Notes under the pieces: generated by a model
Told to the model about the DNA's origin: nothing
The model's input: the letters and a program-made list of their open reading frames with translations, nothing else
Database searches by the model: none
Part shown: piece by piece, positions 38,453 to 47,505 of the stretch
Layout: each line of letters begins with the position of its first letter
Position numbering within the stretch: position 1 is the stretch's first letter
Program-made: the position numbers and the translations under genes
DNA from: an uncultured Gemmatimonadales bacterium
GTDB lineage: Bacteria > Gemmatimonadota > Gemmatimonadetes > Gemmatimonadales > GWC2-71-9
DNA length: 64,000 bases
Assembly (NCBI GenBank): GCA_963773095.1
Contig: CAVYZY010000012.1
Span: 123,130-187,129 of the forward strand
Direction of reading: 5' to 3'

Positions 38453-39565
38453 TCATCCCTCCGCGGCCGGAACGCCCTGCAGCGCCGCACGCAGGTAGTA
38501 GGAGCCGTGCGACACCACGAGCACGCCTGCCGTCAGGCCCTCCACCGCCACGCGGCCATCACCGAGCGACACCGCCCGTACCGGATGGGCGCGGAAGCGC
38601 CCGGGAGTCTCCTGCAGGAAGACGACGTCGCCGTCCGTCATGCGCTGCACGGCAGCCTCCGGCAGCACCGCCCTGCCGGTACGGGCGCCCATCGGCAACA
38701 ATACCGACGCGAACATTCCCGGGCGGACGCCCGGGGGCACGCGGTCGAGCGCCACCCGCACCTCCACAGCGCGGCGCAGCGAGTCCACCACCCCGCCCAT
38801 GCGCACGACCCGTCCCATGATGGTGTCGGGCGTGGCATCGACCGTGATCGCGACCTGCGTGCCCGCACGGACGAAGACCGCATTCTCCGGCACGAACCCC
38901 GTGGCCCACAGATGACGCTCGTCCCCCAGGTCCACCAGCGGCGTGCCCGGCGTGACGACGGCGCCGGCGCGCACGTGCACGGCGAAGACGGTGCCGGCCC
39001 GCGTCGCGCGAACCGTCACGTCACCCTGCGGTGAAGGGCTCAGGTGATCCACGACTTCGCGGCTCCGCGTGTACTCCGCGCGGGCCTGGTCGAGCGCGGC
39101 GCGGCGGCGCTCGACTTCCTCGCGCGGCACCGCCTCGTCGGCGAGCAGGCGCTGCGACCGGTCGTAGGCCGACTGCGCCATGGTGAGCTGCGCTTCGGCA
39201 GCGGAGAAATCGCGCACCGCCGTCGCCAGCTCGTGCGAGTGGATGTGCATGAGCGCCGCCCCGCGCGCCACCTTGTCGCCGGCGATCACGAGCACGTCGT
39301 CCACCCGCCCCTCGACGATCGAGCCAACGCGGGCCGACAGTGGTTCGGGTGTTTCGAGGGTGGCCGGCACGACGAGCGGCAGGGACACCATCTCGATCCG
39401 CACGGTGTCGGACCGGATGCCGGCCGCCTGCACCTGAGCGGGCGTGAGCACTACGGTGCCGGCTGGGAGCTTCTCCGCCGGCGCGCTATCCGGCGCGCTG
39501 CGGCACGCTGCCAGCAGCGCGGCGGCCGCGACGGCCGCGGTCCAGGTTCCGCGCGGGACGGTCAT
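38453..39565 (-). CDS. czcB: RND efflux periplasmic adaptor (CzcB/CusB family)
   Basis: Start at MTVPRGTWTAAVAAAALLAAC (ATG 39565 overlaps the czcC stop). Lipoyl and beta-barrel segments typical of membrane fusion proteins. Confidence 0.88.
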   Translation of the reverse strand: MTVPRGTWTAAVAAAALLAACRSAPDSAPAEKLPAGTVVLTPAQVQAAGIRSDTVRIEMVSLPLVVPATLETPEPLSARVGSIVEGRVDDVLVIAGDKVARGAALMHIHSHELATAVRDFSAAEAQLTMAQSAYDRSQRLLADEAVPREEVERRRAALDQARAEYTRSREVVDHLSPSPQGDVTVRATRAGTVFAVHVRAGAVVTPGTPLVDLGDERHLWATGFVPENAVFVRAGTQVAITVDATPDTIMGRVVRMGGVVDSLRRAVEVRVALDRVPPGVRPGMFASVLLPMGARTGRAVLPEAAVQRMTDGDVVFLQETPGRFRAHPVRAVSLGDGRVAVEGLTAGVLVVSHGSYYLRAALQGVPAAEG

Positions 39566-40800
39566 CGCAGTTGCGTTCCTTTGCTGTCGCACAGCATCTC
39601 CGCATCGATGGGAATCCCGCTCAATCGTGCCTTCCGGGCGCGCGCGATGCGCTGGGCCGCCCGCCACTCCTCAAACTCGGTCAGCAGCACCAGGCGCGCG
39701 CGGCGGGTATCCAGCAGTTCGACCAGTGTGCCCTCGCCGGCGGTGTACCGCGATTCGGACGAGCGGACCGCGCGCTCGAGGTCACTCACGAGCCGGGTGT
39801 CGAAGACGTCGGCCGCCTGGTCCAGCTGCTGGAGTGCCGCGCCCGCGCCGACATCGCGCGCGGCGACCAGGCGCTCCAGCGCGTCGCGATCGTCACGCGC
39901 GGCATCGGCCTGGAAGCGCGCCGCCTGCTCCGCCGCGGAGCCGGACTGGAGGATGGGGATGTCGAGCGCGATGCCCAGCCAGAGGCCGGAAAAACCCTGT
40001 GTCCGGCGAAGGCCGGCCGACGGTCTGAGGTCGGGCACGCGCGCGGCGCTGGCACGCGTCACGGCGGCATCGGCAGCGGCAACGTTGAAGTCGGCCCGGA
40101 CGAGTTCGGCAGGCCGGCTGCCCGTGCCGGTCAGCACGGGCGGCGGGCAGGTCGCGAGTTCGACCTTTACATACTCACCGGGTGCGGCGCCCACGACACG
40201 CGCCAGCTCGGCCTGGCTCTCGGCGGACTGGGCTCCTCGTCGCGCCGAGAACGACGCGGCACTCGCAGCCTCGAGCGCCGCCAAGGCCGCGTCACCACCG
40301 CTGCTCCGCCCCTCGGCCGCGCGACGCGCCATCATGACCGCGATCTGCCGCAGCGCCGCGGACTCCTGGCCAGCAAACAGCGCCATGCCCGCGTCCCGGT
40401 CGGCCAGGGCGATGGCCTCGATGGCCTGCATTCGGATCTCGGCTTCGGTGCCGGCCCACGTGGCCCCCGCAACGCCCGCCAGGGCGCGAGCCTCGCTGAC
40501 CGCGCCACCTCGGTCGCCGCCGAGCGTGAGGGTCTGCTCGATGATCGCCTGCCCCTCGATGCCGGCGAGCCCGCTCTTGCCGGTTGTCTGCACCTCGGCG
40601 AAAAGGTTCTCCGCCGTGACACTGAGGATGGGGTTGCGCCACGCACCGGCGCGGCGCACCAGCGCCGCTGAGGCGCTCTCCCGTGCCACCGCCGCGCGAA
40701 TCGCAGGCGCCTGGGCTACCGCCCGGCGCAGCGCCTCGGAGGCATCGAGCCGCAGGGTGTCCGGAGCCTGGCTGATCACGACCATCAGTAGTGCAAACAT
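39562..40800 (-). CDS. czcC: TolC/CzcC-family outer membrane factor
   Basis: 412 aa. LRLDASEALRRAVAQAPAIRAA...AWRNPILSV is typical of CzcC. Confidence 0.82.
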   Translation of the reverse strand: MFALLMVVISQAPDTLRLDASEALRRAVAQAPAIRAAVARESASAALVRRAGAWRNPILSVTAENLFAEVQTTGKSGLAGIEGQAIIEQTLTLGGDRGGAVSEARALAGVAGATWAGTEAEIRMQAIEAIALADRDAGMALFAGQESAALRQIAVMMARRAAEGRSSGGDAALAALEAASAASFSARRGAQSAESQAELARVVGAAPGEYVKVELATCPPPVLTGTGSRPAELVRADFNVAAADAAVTRASAARVPDLRPSAGLRRTQGFSGLWLGIALDIPILQSGSAAEQAARFQADAARDDRDALERLVAARDVGAGAALQQLDQAADVFDTRLVSDLERAVRSSESRYTAGEGTLVELLDTRRARLVLLTEFEEWRAAQRIARARKARLSGIPIDAEMLCDSKGTQLR

Positions 40801-40843
40801 GCAATCCCGGGTGAGGTGACAGGGGAGAGTCTATCCCACAAAC

Positions 40844-40860
40844 ATGAATCGACGATGAAT
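40844..40860. promoter_or_regulatory. Direct repeat ATGAAT-N5-ATGAAT (11-bp phasing) in the czcC/response-regulator divergent region; candidate OmpR-family binding site
   Basis: acATGAATcgacgATGAATtc, read directly. It lies 44 bp from the czcC start and 63 bp from the regulator start. Confidence 0.4.
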
Positions 40861-40922
40861 TCGGTCGGTGATTGACGCCACGTGCCTCTTCGCCCAACGT
40901 TGCGGCGGGAAAGGGGGCACGA

Positions 40923-41606
40923 ATGCGGATCCTGGTGGTGGAGGACGAGGCGGCGCTGGCGGACGCGCTGGGGCGGGGCCTGCGGCACGCGGCACACGCC
41001 GTCGACGTGGCGCCGACGCTTTCCGCCGCGCGCACCAAGGTCGCGCTGGAGGAGTACGACGCCATAGTGCTTGACCTCGGCTTGCCGGACGGGTCGGGCC
41101 TGACACTCGCGCGCGAGCTGCGCGAGGCCGGCAGCCGGATGCCGATTCTGGTGCTTACCGCGCGCGATACGATCCCGGACCGCGTCCGGGGCCTCGATCA
41201 CGGCGCGGACGACTACCTCGTGAAGCCGTTCGCCCTCGAGGAGTTGCTCGCCCGCCTCCGCGCGCTGGAGCGCCGCGCGCCCGAGCTGCGTCCCACCGAG
41301 TTCGTCGTGGCCGATCTCCGCATCGACCCCGCGGCGCGCGCGGCGCACCGCGGAGGGCGCGAGATCCCGCTCACGACCACCGAGTACGCGCTGCTCGAGT
41401 TCCTGGCCCGGCATGTCGGCACGGTTCTGGGTCGTGAACAGATCAGCGCGCATGTCTGGGACGAGAACTACGACCCGTTGTCCAACGTCATCGACGTGTA
41501 TGTCGCACGGCTCCGGAGGAAGGTCGACCTCCCCGGCCTGCCACCGCTCCTGCATACGGTGCGCGGGGCAGGCTACACGCTCGATCCCCGGCGTCACCTC
41601 GCGTGA
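40923..41606 (+). CDS. OmpR/PhoB-family response regulator (CusR/CzcR-like)
   Basis: Start at MRILVVEDEAALADAL. Receiver Asp LDLGLPDGSG. Winged-helix C-terminus (TTTEYALLEFLARH...VIDVYVARLRRK). Confidence 0.92.
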   Translation: MRILVVEDEAALADALGRGLRHAAHAVDVAPTLSAARTKVALEEYDAIVLDLGLPDGSGLTLARELREAGSRMPILVLTARDTIPDRVRGLDHGADDYLVKPFALEELLARLRALERRAPELRPTEFVVADLRIDPAARAAHRGGREIPLTTTEYALLEFLARHVGTVLGREQISAHVWDENYDPLSNVIDVYVARLRRKVDLPGLPPLLHTVRGAGYTLDPRRHLA

Positions 41607-43039
41607 CCTATCCACTGCGCGGTATCCGGGTACGGCTGGCCATGCTGTTCGTGGCGGGCTTCGCGATCCTGCTGGCCGCGGCCGGGGCCGGCCTCTACTG
41701 GTGGCTCGAACGGGAATACCGGCGGGACTTCGACCGCGAGCTCACGGAGACAGCCCATTCGGCGCAGGCGCTCTTCGCGCACGACCGCGACGAGTTCGCC
41801 ACCACGGCCGAGACCGCCGCCCACCTGCTCACCGAGCTCGTTTTCGTCGACCGCACGATCGTGGCGACCGACGATTCGCACCGCCGCATCGCCTCGACCC
41901 TCCCCTACACCGGCGCGCCGCTGCTGCTCGACGACCTGGACCTGCGACTGCACGCGCCGACGCCGGTGACGGTGTCCCTCGCGAGCGGCCGGGCCCGGGT
42001 GGTGGAGGAACCCCTGCCCGACGGTGTCCGCCTGCTGGTCGCGATGCCGCTGGCCCCGCTCGAACAGCACCTGCACCAGTTGCGCCTCACCCTGCTCGTC
42101 GGCCTCCCGCTCATCCTCCTGCTGGGCGGGCTGGTCGGTGCGGCCGCGTCAGCCTCCGCCCTCAAGCCGATCACCCGGCTCGCCCGTGCCGCCGACGTGA
42201 TCGCGCGCGAGGTGGCAAGCGGGGCCACCAGCTTCAGCCCGCTCCCGCCCGCGACCGCACCGGACGAGATCGACCGGCTCACGCGCGCCATGGGCGGACT
42301 GCTGGACCAGGGATCGCGCGCGCTCCGTCGGGAACGCGAGGTGGCGGAGCAGCAGCGCCGGTTCCTGGCCGACGCGGCGCACGAGCTCCGGACACCGATC
42401 GCGATCATCCGGAGCGCGGCCGAAGTCTCCCTCGCCGGCGACGACAGTGCGGAGGAGCGGAAGGACGCGCTCGCCTCTGTTGCGCAGGAAGCAGCGCGCC
42501 TCGGCAGCCTGGTGGCCGACCTGCTCGCGCTCGCCCGTGAGGGAACCGCGACTGCCGTCGAGGCACGCGAGCCGGTATTCCTGGACGATCTGGCCCACCG
42601 GGTGGTGGGCCGGTTGCGGCGGCTGCCCATCGCCGCCGGCCGGGAGATCACCCTCGGCGACTTCGACGAGGCGCCGGTGCGTGCCAACCCGGCGCTCGCC
42701 GAGCGCGCCATTTTCGCGCTGGTACACAACGCGCTGGTCCATGCCGCCGGATCGCGAATCGAGCTCAGCGCGGGCCGTGACGACACCGGCAAGGGCCGCG
42801 CGTCCTGGATACGGGTGCGTGACTGGGGACCCGGCGTGCCGCCCGAGGCGGAGTCGCGCGTGTTCGAGCGCTTTGAGCGGCTCGACCCGGCCGCACCCGG
42901 CAGCGGCCTGGGTCTCGCGATCGCCCGGCAGATCGCGGAGGTCCACGGTGGGACCCTCACACTGGAGCGACCCGACGGGGGCGGAACCGCGTTCGTCCTT
43001 CGCCTGCCTTCGCTGGACGCCCCCAGTCCGGGCTCGTAG
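41603..43039 (+). CDS. Sensor histidine kinase (CusS/CzcS-like)
   Basis: 478 aa. Two TM segments, H-box FLADAAHELRTPIA, G boxes DWGPGVP and GSGLGLAI. Overlaps the regulator stop. Confidence 0.9.
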   Translation: MTYPLRGIRVRLAMLFVAGFAILLAAAGAGLYWWLEREYRRDFDRELTETAHSAQALFAHDRDEFATTAETAAHLLTELVFVDRTIVATDDSHRRIASTLPYTGAPLLLDDLDLRLHAPTPVTVSLASGRARVVEEPLPDGVRLLVAMPLAPLEQHLHQLRLTLLVGLPLILLLGGLVGAAASASALKPITRLARAADVIAREVASGATSFSPLPPATAPDEIDRLTRAMGGLLDQGSRALRREREVAEQQRRFLADAAHELRTPIAIIRSAAEVSLAGDDSAEERKDALASVAQEAARLGSLVADLLALAREGTATAVEAREPVFLDDLAHRVVGRLRRLPIAAGREITLGDFDEAPVRANPALAERAIFALVHNALVHAAGSRIELSAGRDDTGKGRASWIRVRDWGPGVPPEAESRVFERFERLDPAAPGSGLGLAIARQIAEVHGGTLTLERPDGGGTAFVLRLPSLDAPSPGS

Positions 43040-43089
43040 CTTTCGGGTTGCGCGGTTCCTGCGCCACCTCACCCTCCGAGAATCGACCC

Positions 43090-45318
43090 ATGGCAACCGC
43101 CGCACCACCGATCGTCTCGCCGTCGAGCGAGGAATCCTCCGGGTTCACGCCCTTCGTCCCCGCCTCGTCGAGCCCGAAGGAACTGACCCTCAGGGCCCTG
43201 ATCCTGGGTGCGGTGCTCGGGGTCGTCTTCGCGGCCTCCAGTGTCTACTTGGCGCTCAAGATCGGCTTGACGGTGTCGGCGTCGATCCCCATCGCGGTGC
43301 TCGCCGTGGCGTTCTTCCGGACGCTCGGCCGCTCGACCATCCTCGAGAACAACATCGTCCAGACCACCGGCTCGGCCGGCGAGTCGATCGCTGCCGGCGT
43401 GGTGTTCACGCTGCCGGCTATCCTGCTCATGGGATACGACCTGAGCATCGCGAAGGTCGGCATCATCGCGGCGGTGGGTGGCATCCTCGGCATCCTGCTG
43501 ATGATCCCGCTCCGTCGCGCGCTGATCGTGAAGGAACACAAGATCCTCACGTACCCCGAGGGCACCGCCTGTGCCGAGGTACTCATCGCCGGCGAGAAGG
43601 GCGGGTTGCAGGCCAGACTGCTCTTCCAGGCGTTCGGGCTCGCCTTCCTGTACAAGTTCCTGATGGCGGGGCTCAAGCTGTGGAAGGAAGTCGCGACGAA
43701 GAGCTTCACCTTCTTCAATGGTGGCACGATCGCGGCCGAAGTCTCTCCGGAACTGCTGGGGGTGGGCTACATCATCGGGCCGCGGATTGCGGGCTACCTC
43801 TTCGCCGGGGGAACCCTCGCGTACCTCGTGCTGGTGCCGGCGATCAAGTTCTTCGGTGCCGGGCTGACGGCACCGCTCTTCCCGGCGACGATGCTCATCA
43901 AGGACATGAGCGCGGGCCAGGTACGGTCCAACTACATCTTCTACATCGGCGCCGGCGCGGTGGCCTCGGCGGGCATCATCGCGCTGCTGCGGGCGCTGCC
44001 GACCATCGTCAGTGCGTTCAAGTCGGGATTCCAGGACCTTCGTGGCAGCATGGGCACCGCGGCCACCCGCCTGCGCACCGACCTCGATCTGCCCATCTGG
44101 GTCACGATCGTCGGCTCGATCGCCCTCGCGCTGCTGCTCACCATGCTCCCGCAGATCGGCGTGAACCTGCTGGGCGCGGTGCTCATCGTGGTGTTCGGCT
44201 TCTTCTTCGTCACCGTCTCTTCGCGCATCACCGGGGAGATCGGGGCGAGCGCCAACCCGATTTCGGGCATGACCATCGCGGCGCTGATCGGCACTACCAC
44301 GATCTTCCTGCTGCTCGGCTGGACCGGCGTCGATTACCGCGTCGGTGCGCTGTCCATCGCCGGCGTGATCGCGGTGGCGTCGGGCAATGCCGGCGCCACG
44401 AGCCAGGACCTCAAGACCGGGTTCCTCGTGGGCGCCACGCCGCGCCGGCAGCAGATCGCCATCATCGTCGGTGCCGTGACATCGGCGCTCGCGATCGGCT
44501 GGACGCTGACCCTGCTCAACAACACCTACACCACCATCGTGCCCGAGTCGCATCCTGGCGTGGCGCTCGAGGCTGCAGCACCGGGCGAGCATCTTCGCTC
44601 CGTCACGACCACCGGCGAGACGCTGCAGCATGAGGGCCGCGCCTGGGCAGTGTACCGGGTGAACGTGGCGACGCAGGGCGTGCTGCCGGGCAAGTACCTG
44701 GTCGACCCCGCGTCGAAGGAGATCGCGTACCTCGTGGATCCGGGCATCGGCGGGCGGGTACACGAGTTGAACGGCGCGGCGGTCACCAAGCTCGATTCGC
44801 CCAAGGCGACGATCATGGCGCTCGTCACCGATGGCATCCTCACGCACAAGCTGCCCTGGGGCCTGGTGCTGCTCGGCGTGTTCATCACCCTCGGCATCGA
44901 ACTGATGGGTGTGCAGTCGCTCCCGGTGGCGGTTGGGGTGTACCTGCCGATCTCCACCTCGTCGGCGATGTTCGCCGGCGGCCTCGTGCGCTGGCTGGTG
45001 GAGCGACGCCTCAGGAGCACCAACCAGTCGATCGCCGACGTCGAGTCCGGCCCCGGCGTGCTCTTCTCCAGCGGGCTGATCGCGGGCGGTGCGATCGCCG
45101 GCATCGCGGTGGCGGGACTTGCGACCCTCTTCGCATCGGCGGCGGACCAGGCCGGTGTCCCGGCGGCGGACTACCTCGCGCACCGTGCGGGAACGGAAGC
45201 CCTCGTCGGCCGGCTGGTGAGCGGCGGCTGGCAGGACCTGCTGGCACTTGGCCTCTTCTTCGTCCTCGGCATCCTGCTCTTCCGGGTCGCGAGCCGGAAC
45301 CACCCCGCGCGCCAGTGA
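43090..45318 (+). CDS. OPT family oligopeptide transporter
   Basis: Start at MATAAPPIV. ELTLRALILGAVLGVVFAASSVYLALKIGLTVSASIPIAVL...NNIVQTTGSAGE matches the bacterial OPT signature. Confidence 0.88.
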   Translation: MATAAPPIVSPSSEESSGFTPFVPASSSPKELTLRALILGAVLGVVFAASSVYLALKIGLTVSASIPIAVLAVAFFRTLGRSTILENNIVQTTGSAGESIAAGVVFTLPAILLMGYDLSIAKVGIIAAVGGILGILLMIPLRRALIVKEHKILTYPEGTACAEVLIAGEKGGLQARLLFQAFGLAFLYKFLMAGLKLWKEVATKSFTFFNGGTIAAEVSPELLGVGYIIGPRIAGYLFAGGTLAYLVLVPAIKFFGAGLTAPLFPATMLIKDMSAGQVRSNYIFYIGAGAVASAGIIALLRALPTIVSAFKSGFQDLRGSMGTAATRLRTDLDLPIWVTIVGSIALALLLTMLPQIGVNLLGAVLIVVFGFFFVTVSSRITGEIGASANPISGMTIAALIGTTTIFLLLGWTGVDYRVGALSIAGVIAVASGNAGATSQDLKTGFLVGATPRRQQIAIIVGAVTSALAIGWTLTLLNNTYTTIVPESHPGVALEAAAPGEHLRSVTTTGETLQHEGRAWAVYRVNVATQGVLPGKYLVDPASKEIAYLVDPGIGGRVHELNGAAVTKLDSPKATIMALVTDGILTHKLPWGLVLLGVFITLGIELMGVQSLPVAVGVYLPISTSSAMFAGGLVRWLVERRLRSTNQSIADVESGPGVLFSSGLIAGGAIAGIAVAGLATLFASAADQAGVPAADYLAHRAGTEALVGRLVSGGWQDLLALGLFFVLGILLFRVASRNHPARQ

Positions 45319-45328
45319 TGACCAGGCA

Positions 45329-45895
45329 GTGACGGAAGCCCTGCAGCTCGGTGACGGCGCGTCCATTCGCCCGCTCGAGGCCGGCGACGCGCCAGCCGTC
45401 CTGGAGCTCATCGAGCGGAACCGGGCTCACCTCGACAAGTGGCTGCGGTGGTCGGCGAAGGTGCGCACCCCTGCCGACGTGACCGCCATGATCGCGCGGT
45501 TCGTTGCGAAGCAGGCAGCCGGCGACGGCTTCCACTGGGGGATCTGGCAGCAGGATGGGCTCGCCGGCGGCGTGATCTGCCACTACATCAACCGCGGCGA
45601 CCTGAACGCGGAGCTGGGCTACTGGCTCGGGGCCGACTTCACCGGAAAGGGGCTCGCCACCCGGGCGAGTGCCAGCGCCGTGGAGCACCTGCTGCGGCAG
45701 GAGCAGCTGCACCGCCTCGAGATGATCTGCGGCGTGGCGAACACGCGGAGCCGCGCGGTGGCGGAACGACTGGGGTTCACCAATGAGGGCGTGCGGCGCG
45801 AGTCGTTCTGGATCACCGACCGCTTCGCGGATCATGTCGTCTACGGCTTGCTCGCCCGCGAGTGGCGCCGGGACCAGGCTGGCGCGGAGCTGTAG
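45329..45895 (+). CDS. GNAT family N-acetyltransferase (RimJ/RimL-like)
   Basis: Probable GVICHYINRGDLNAELGYWLGADFTGKGLATRA...NTRSRAVAERLGFTNEG. GTG start at 45329 just after the OPT stop. Confidence 0.8.
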   Translation: MTEALQLGDGASIRPLEAGDAPAVLELIERNRAHLDKWLRWSAKVRTPADVTAMIARFVAKQAAGDGFHWGIWQQDGLAGGVICHYINRGDLNAELGYWLGADFTGKGLATRASASAVEHLLRQEQLHRLEMICGVANTRSRAVAERLGFTNEGVRRESFWITDRFADHVVYGLLAREWRRDQAGAEL

Positions 45896-45900
45896 CTCGC

Positions 45901-47505
45901 ATGAGTGAAACCCAGTCGGTCCTGCAGCTGGTGGTGCTGCTTCTCGCGCTCGTGCTGACGCTGGGTGCGTTTGCCCGTCGCCTGCCCATTCCCTACCCCA
46001 TCGTGCTCGTGCTCGGCGGGCTGGTCCTCAGCTTCGTGCCCGGGCTCCCGGCCGCGCCGCTCGGGCCGGACCTGATCTTCACCATCTTCCTGCCCCCGGT
46101 GCTGTGGGCCGCCGCGTTCGAGAGCGACCTGCGGCAGCTGCGGCGCAGTGCCATGCCGATCGCTCTCCTGGCGGTCGGCCTCGTGATCATCACCACCATC
46201 GCTGTGGCATGGGTGGCGCACCTCACGCTCCCGGGCATCGCGTGGTCGTCGGCGTTCATCCTCGGCGCTGTGGTGTCCTCCACAGACGCGGTCGCGGCCA
46301 CGGCCGTGTTTCGCCGGCTCGGCATCCCGCGCCGTCTCATTGCCCTGCTCGAGGGCGAGAGCCTGCTGAACGACGCCAGCGCCCTCGTGCTCTACACCGC
46401 GGCGGTGACGGCGCGCGTCACCGGTGAGTTCTCCCTGTCATCCGCACTGGGCGACTTCGTCTACGATGCGCTCGGCGGGATCACGGTGGGCATCGCCGTG
46501 GCCTATGTGCTGCACCTCGTCTCCCGGTTGACGCGAGACAGCGTGAGCAACGTGGCCCTCACCGTGCTGGCCGCGTACATCTCGTGGATCATCGGGGATA
46601 AGGTGGGCGCGTCCGCCGTGCTCTCCTGCGTCGCCTGCGGCCTCACGATGCGGCGCCACTACCTCACCAGCGGCTCATCCGCGACGCGGGTGCAGACGGC
46701 CGAAGTGTGGGGCCTGTTCGTCTTCGTCCTCAACGGCTTCATCTTCGTCCTGCTCGGGCTCGAATGGCCGCGCCTCGCGGTGGACCTGCCGCCGGGCGGA
46801 TTGCGGAACATCGCCCTGGCCACGGCCGCAGTGTGCGCCACCGTGATCCTCGTGCGACTCGCCTGGCTTCCGCTCATGACCTACGGTACGCGGCTGTTCA
46901 TCCCGCGCCATCGACGCGGCCCGCCGCCGGCAAGGGGCTGGATGCTCATGGCTGGCTGGACCGGCATGCGCGGCATCGTGACGCTGGCGGCAGCGCTGGC
47001 CGTTCCCACCGTCTCCGTGGCCGGGGAATCGCTCCCCTATCGCGGACGCATCGTCATCATCTCGTTTGCGGTCATCCTCGTGACCCTCGTGCTCCAGGGC
47101 CTGACCCTGGCACCGCTCATTCACTGGCTCGGCCTCAAGGATGACGGCGAGGGCGAGCGCGAGCTCATCCTCGCCCGGCGAACCGCACTCGATGCCTCGG
47201 TGAGGCGGCTCGATGCCCTCCAGCAGGCTGCCCCTGCCGACCCCCAGCTGGTGGACATGAACCGGGCGTTCTATTCCGCACGACGAGAGCGGGCGCACGG
47301 CCTCGATGGGGTCGACCCCGAGGTGGCCCACGCGTCGCGCACCGCGCTGGCGAATCAGCGCCGCGACCTCATCGACGCACAACGCCAGGCCGTAATCGCC
47401 CTGTGGCAGGCGGGCACGATCACGGACCAGACGCTCGCCGATGCCGAGAGGGAAATCGACCTCGAGGACCTGATGTTCGACGCCCGAAGGGAAGGCACTG
47501 AGTGA
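45901..47505 (+). CDS. Na+/H+ (cation/proton) antiporter, CPA1/NhaP type, copy 1
   Basis: Start at MSETQSVLQL. LPIPYPIVLVLGGLVLSFVPG...GAVVSSTDAVAATAVFRRLGIPRRLIALLEGESLLNDASALVLY. Confidence 0.88.
   Translation: MSETQSVLQLVVLLLALVLTLGAFARRLPIPYPIVLVLGGLVLSFVPGLPAAPLGPDLIFTIFLPPVLWAAAFESDLRQLRRSAMPIALLAVGLVIITTIAVAWVAHLTLPGIAWSSAFILGAVVSSTDAVAATAVFRRLGIPRRLIALLEGESLLNDASALVLYTAAVTARVTGEFSLSSALGDFVYDALGGITVGIAVAYVLHLVSRLTRDSVSNVALTVLAAYISWIIGDKVGASAVLSCVACGLTMRRHYLTSGSSATRVQTAEVWGLFVFVLNGFIFVLLGLEWPRLAVDLPPGGLRNIALATAAVCATVILVRLAWLPLMTYGTRLFIPRHRRGPPPARGWMLMAGWTGMRGIVTLAAALAVPTVSVAGESLPYRGRIVIISFAVILVTLVLQGLTLAPLIHWLGLKDDGEGERELILARRTALDASVRRLDALQQAAPADPQLVDMNRAFYSARRERAHGLDGVDPEVAHASRTALANQRRDLIDAQRQAVIALWQAGTITDQTLADAEREIDLEDLMFDARREGTE

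Noticed and set aside
43069-45411. 780-aa minus-strand ORF
   Set aside because: It is antisense to the OPT transporter, with no membrane or enzymatic features. The same class includes 42447-44633(+), 48297-49910(-), 20882-22408(-), 53609-55318(-), 55798-56916(-), 15944-17557(-), 16102-18036(+), 22760-24295(+) and 62262-63452(-).
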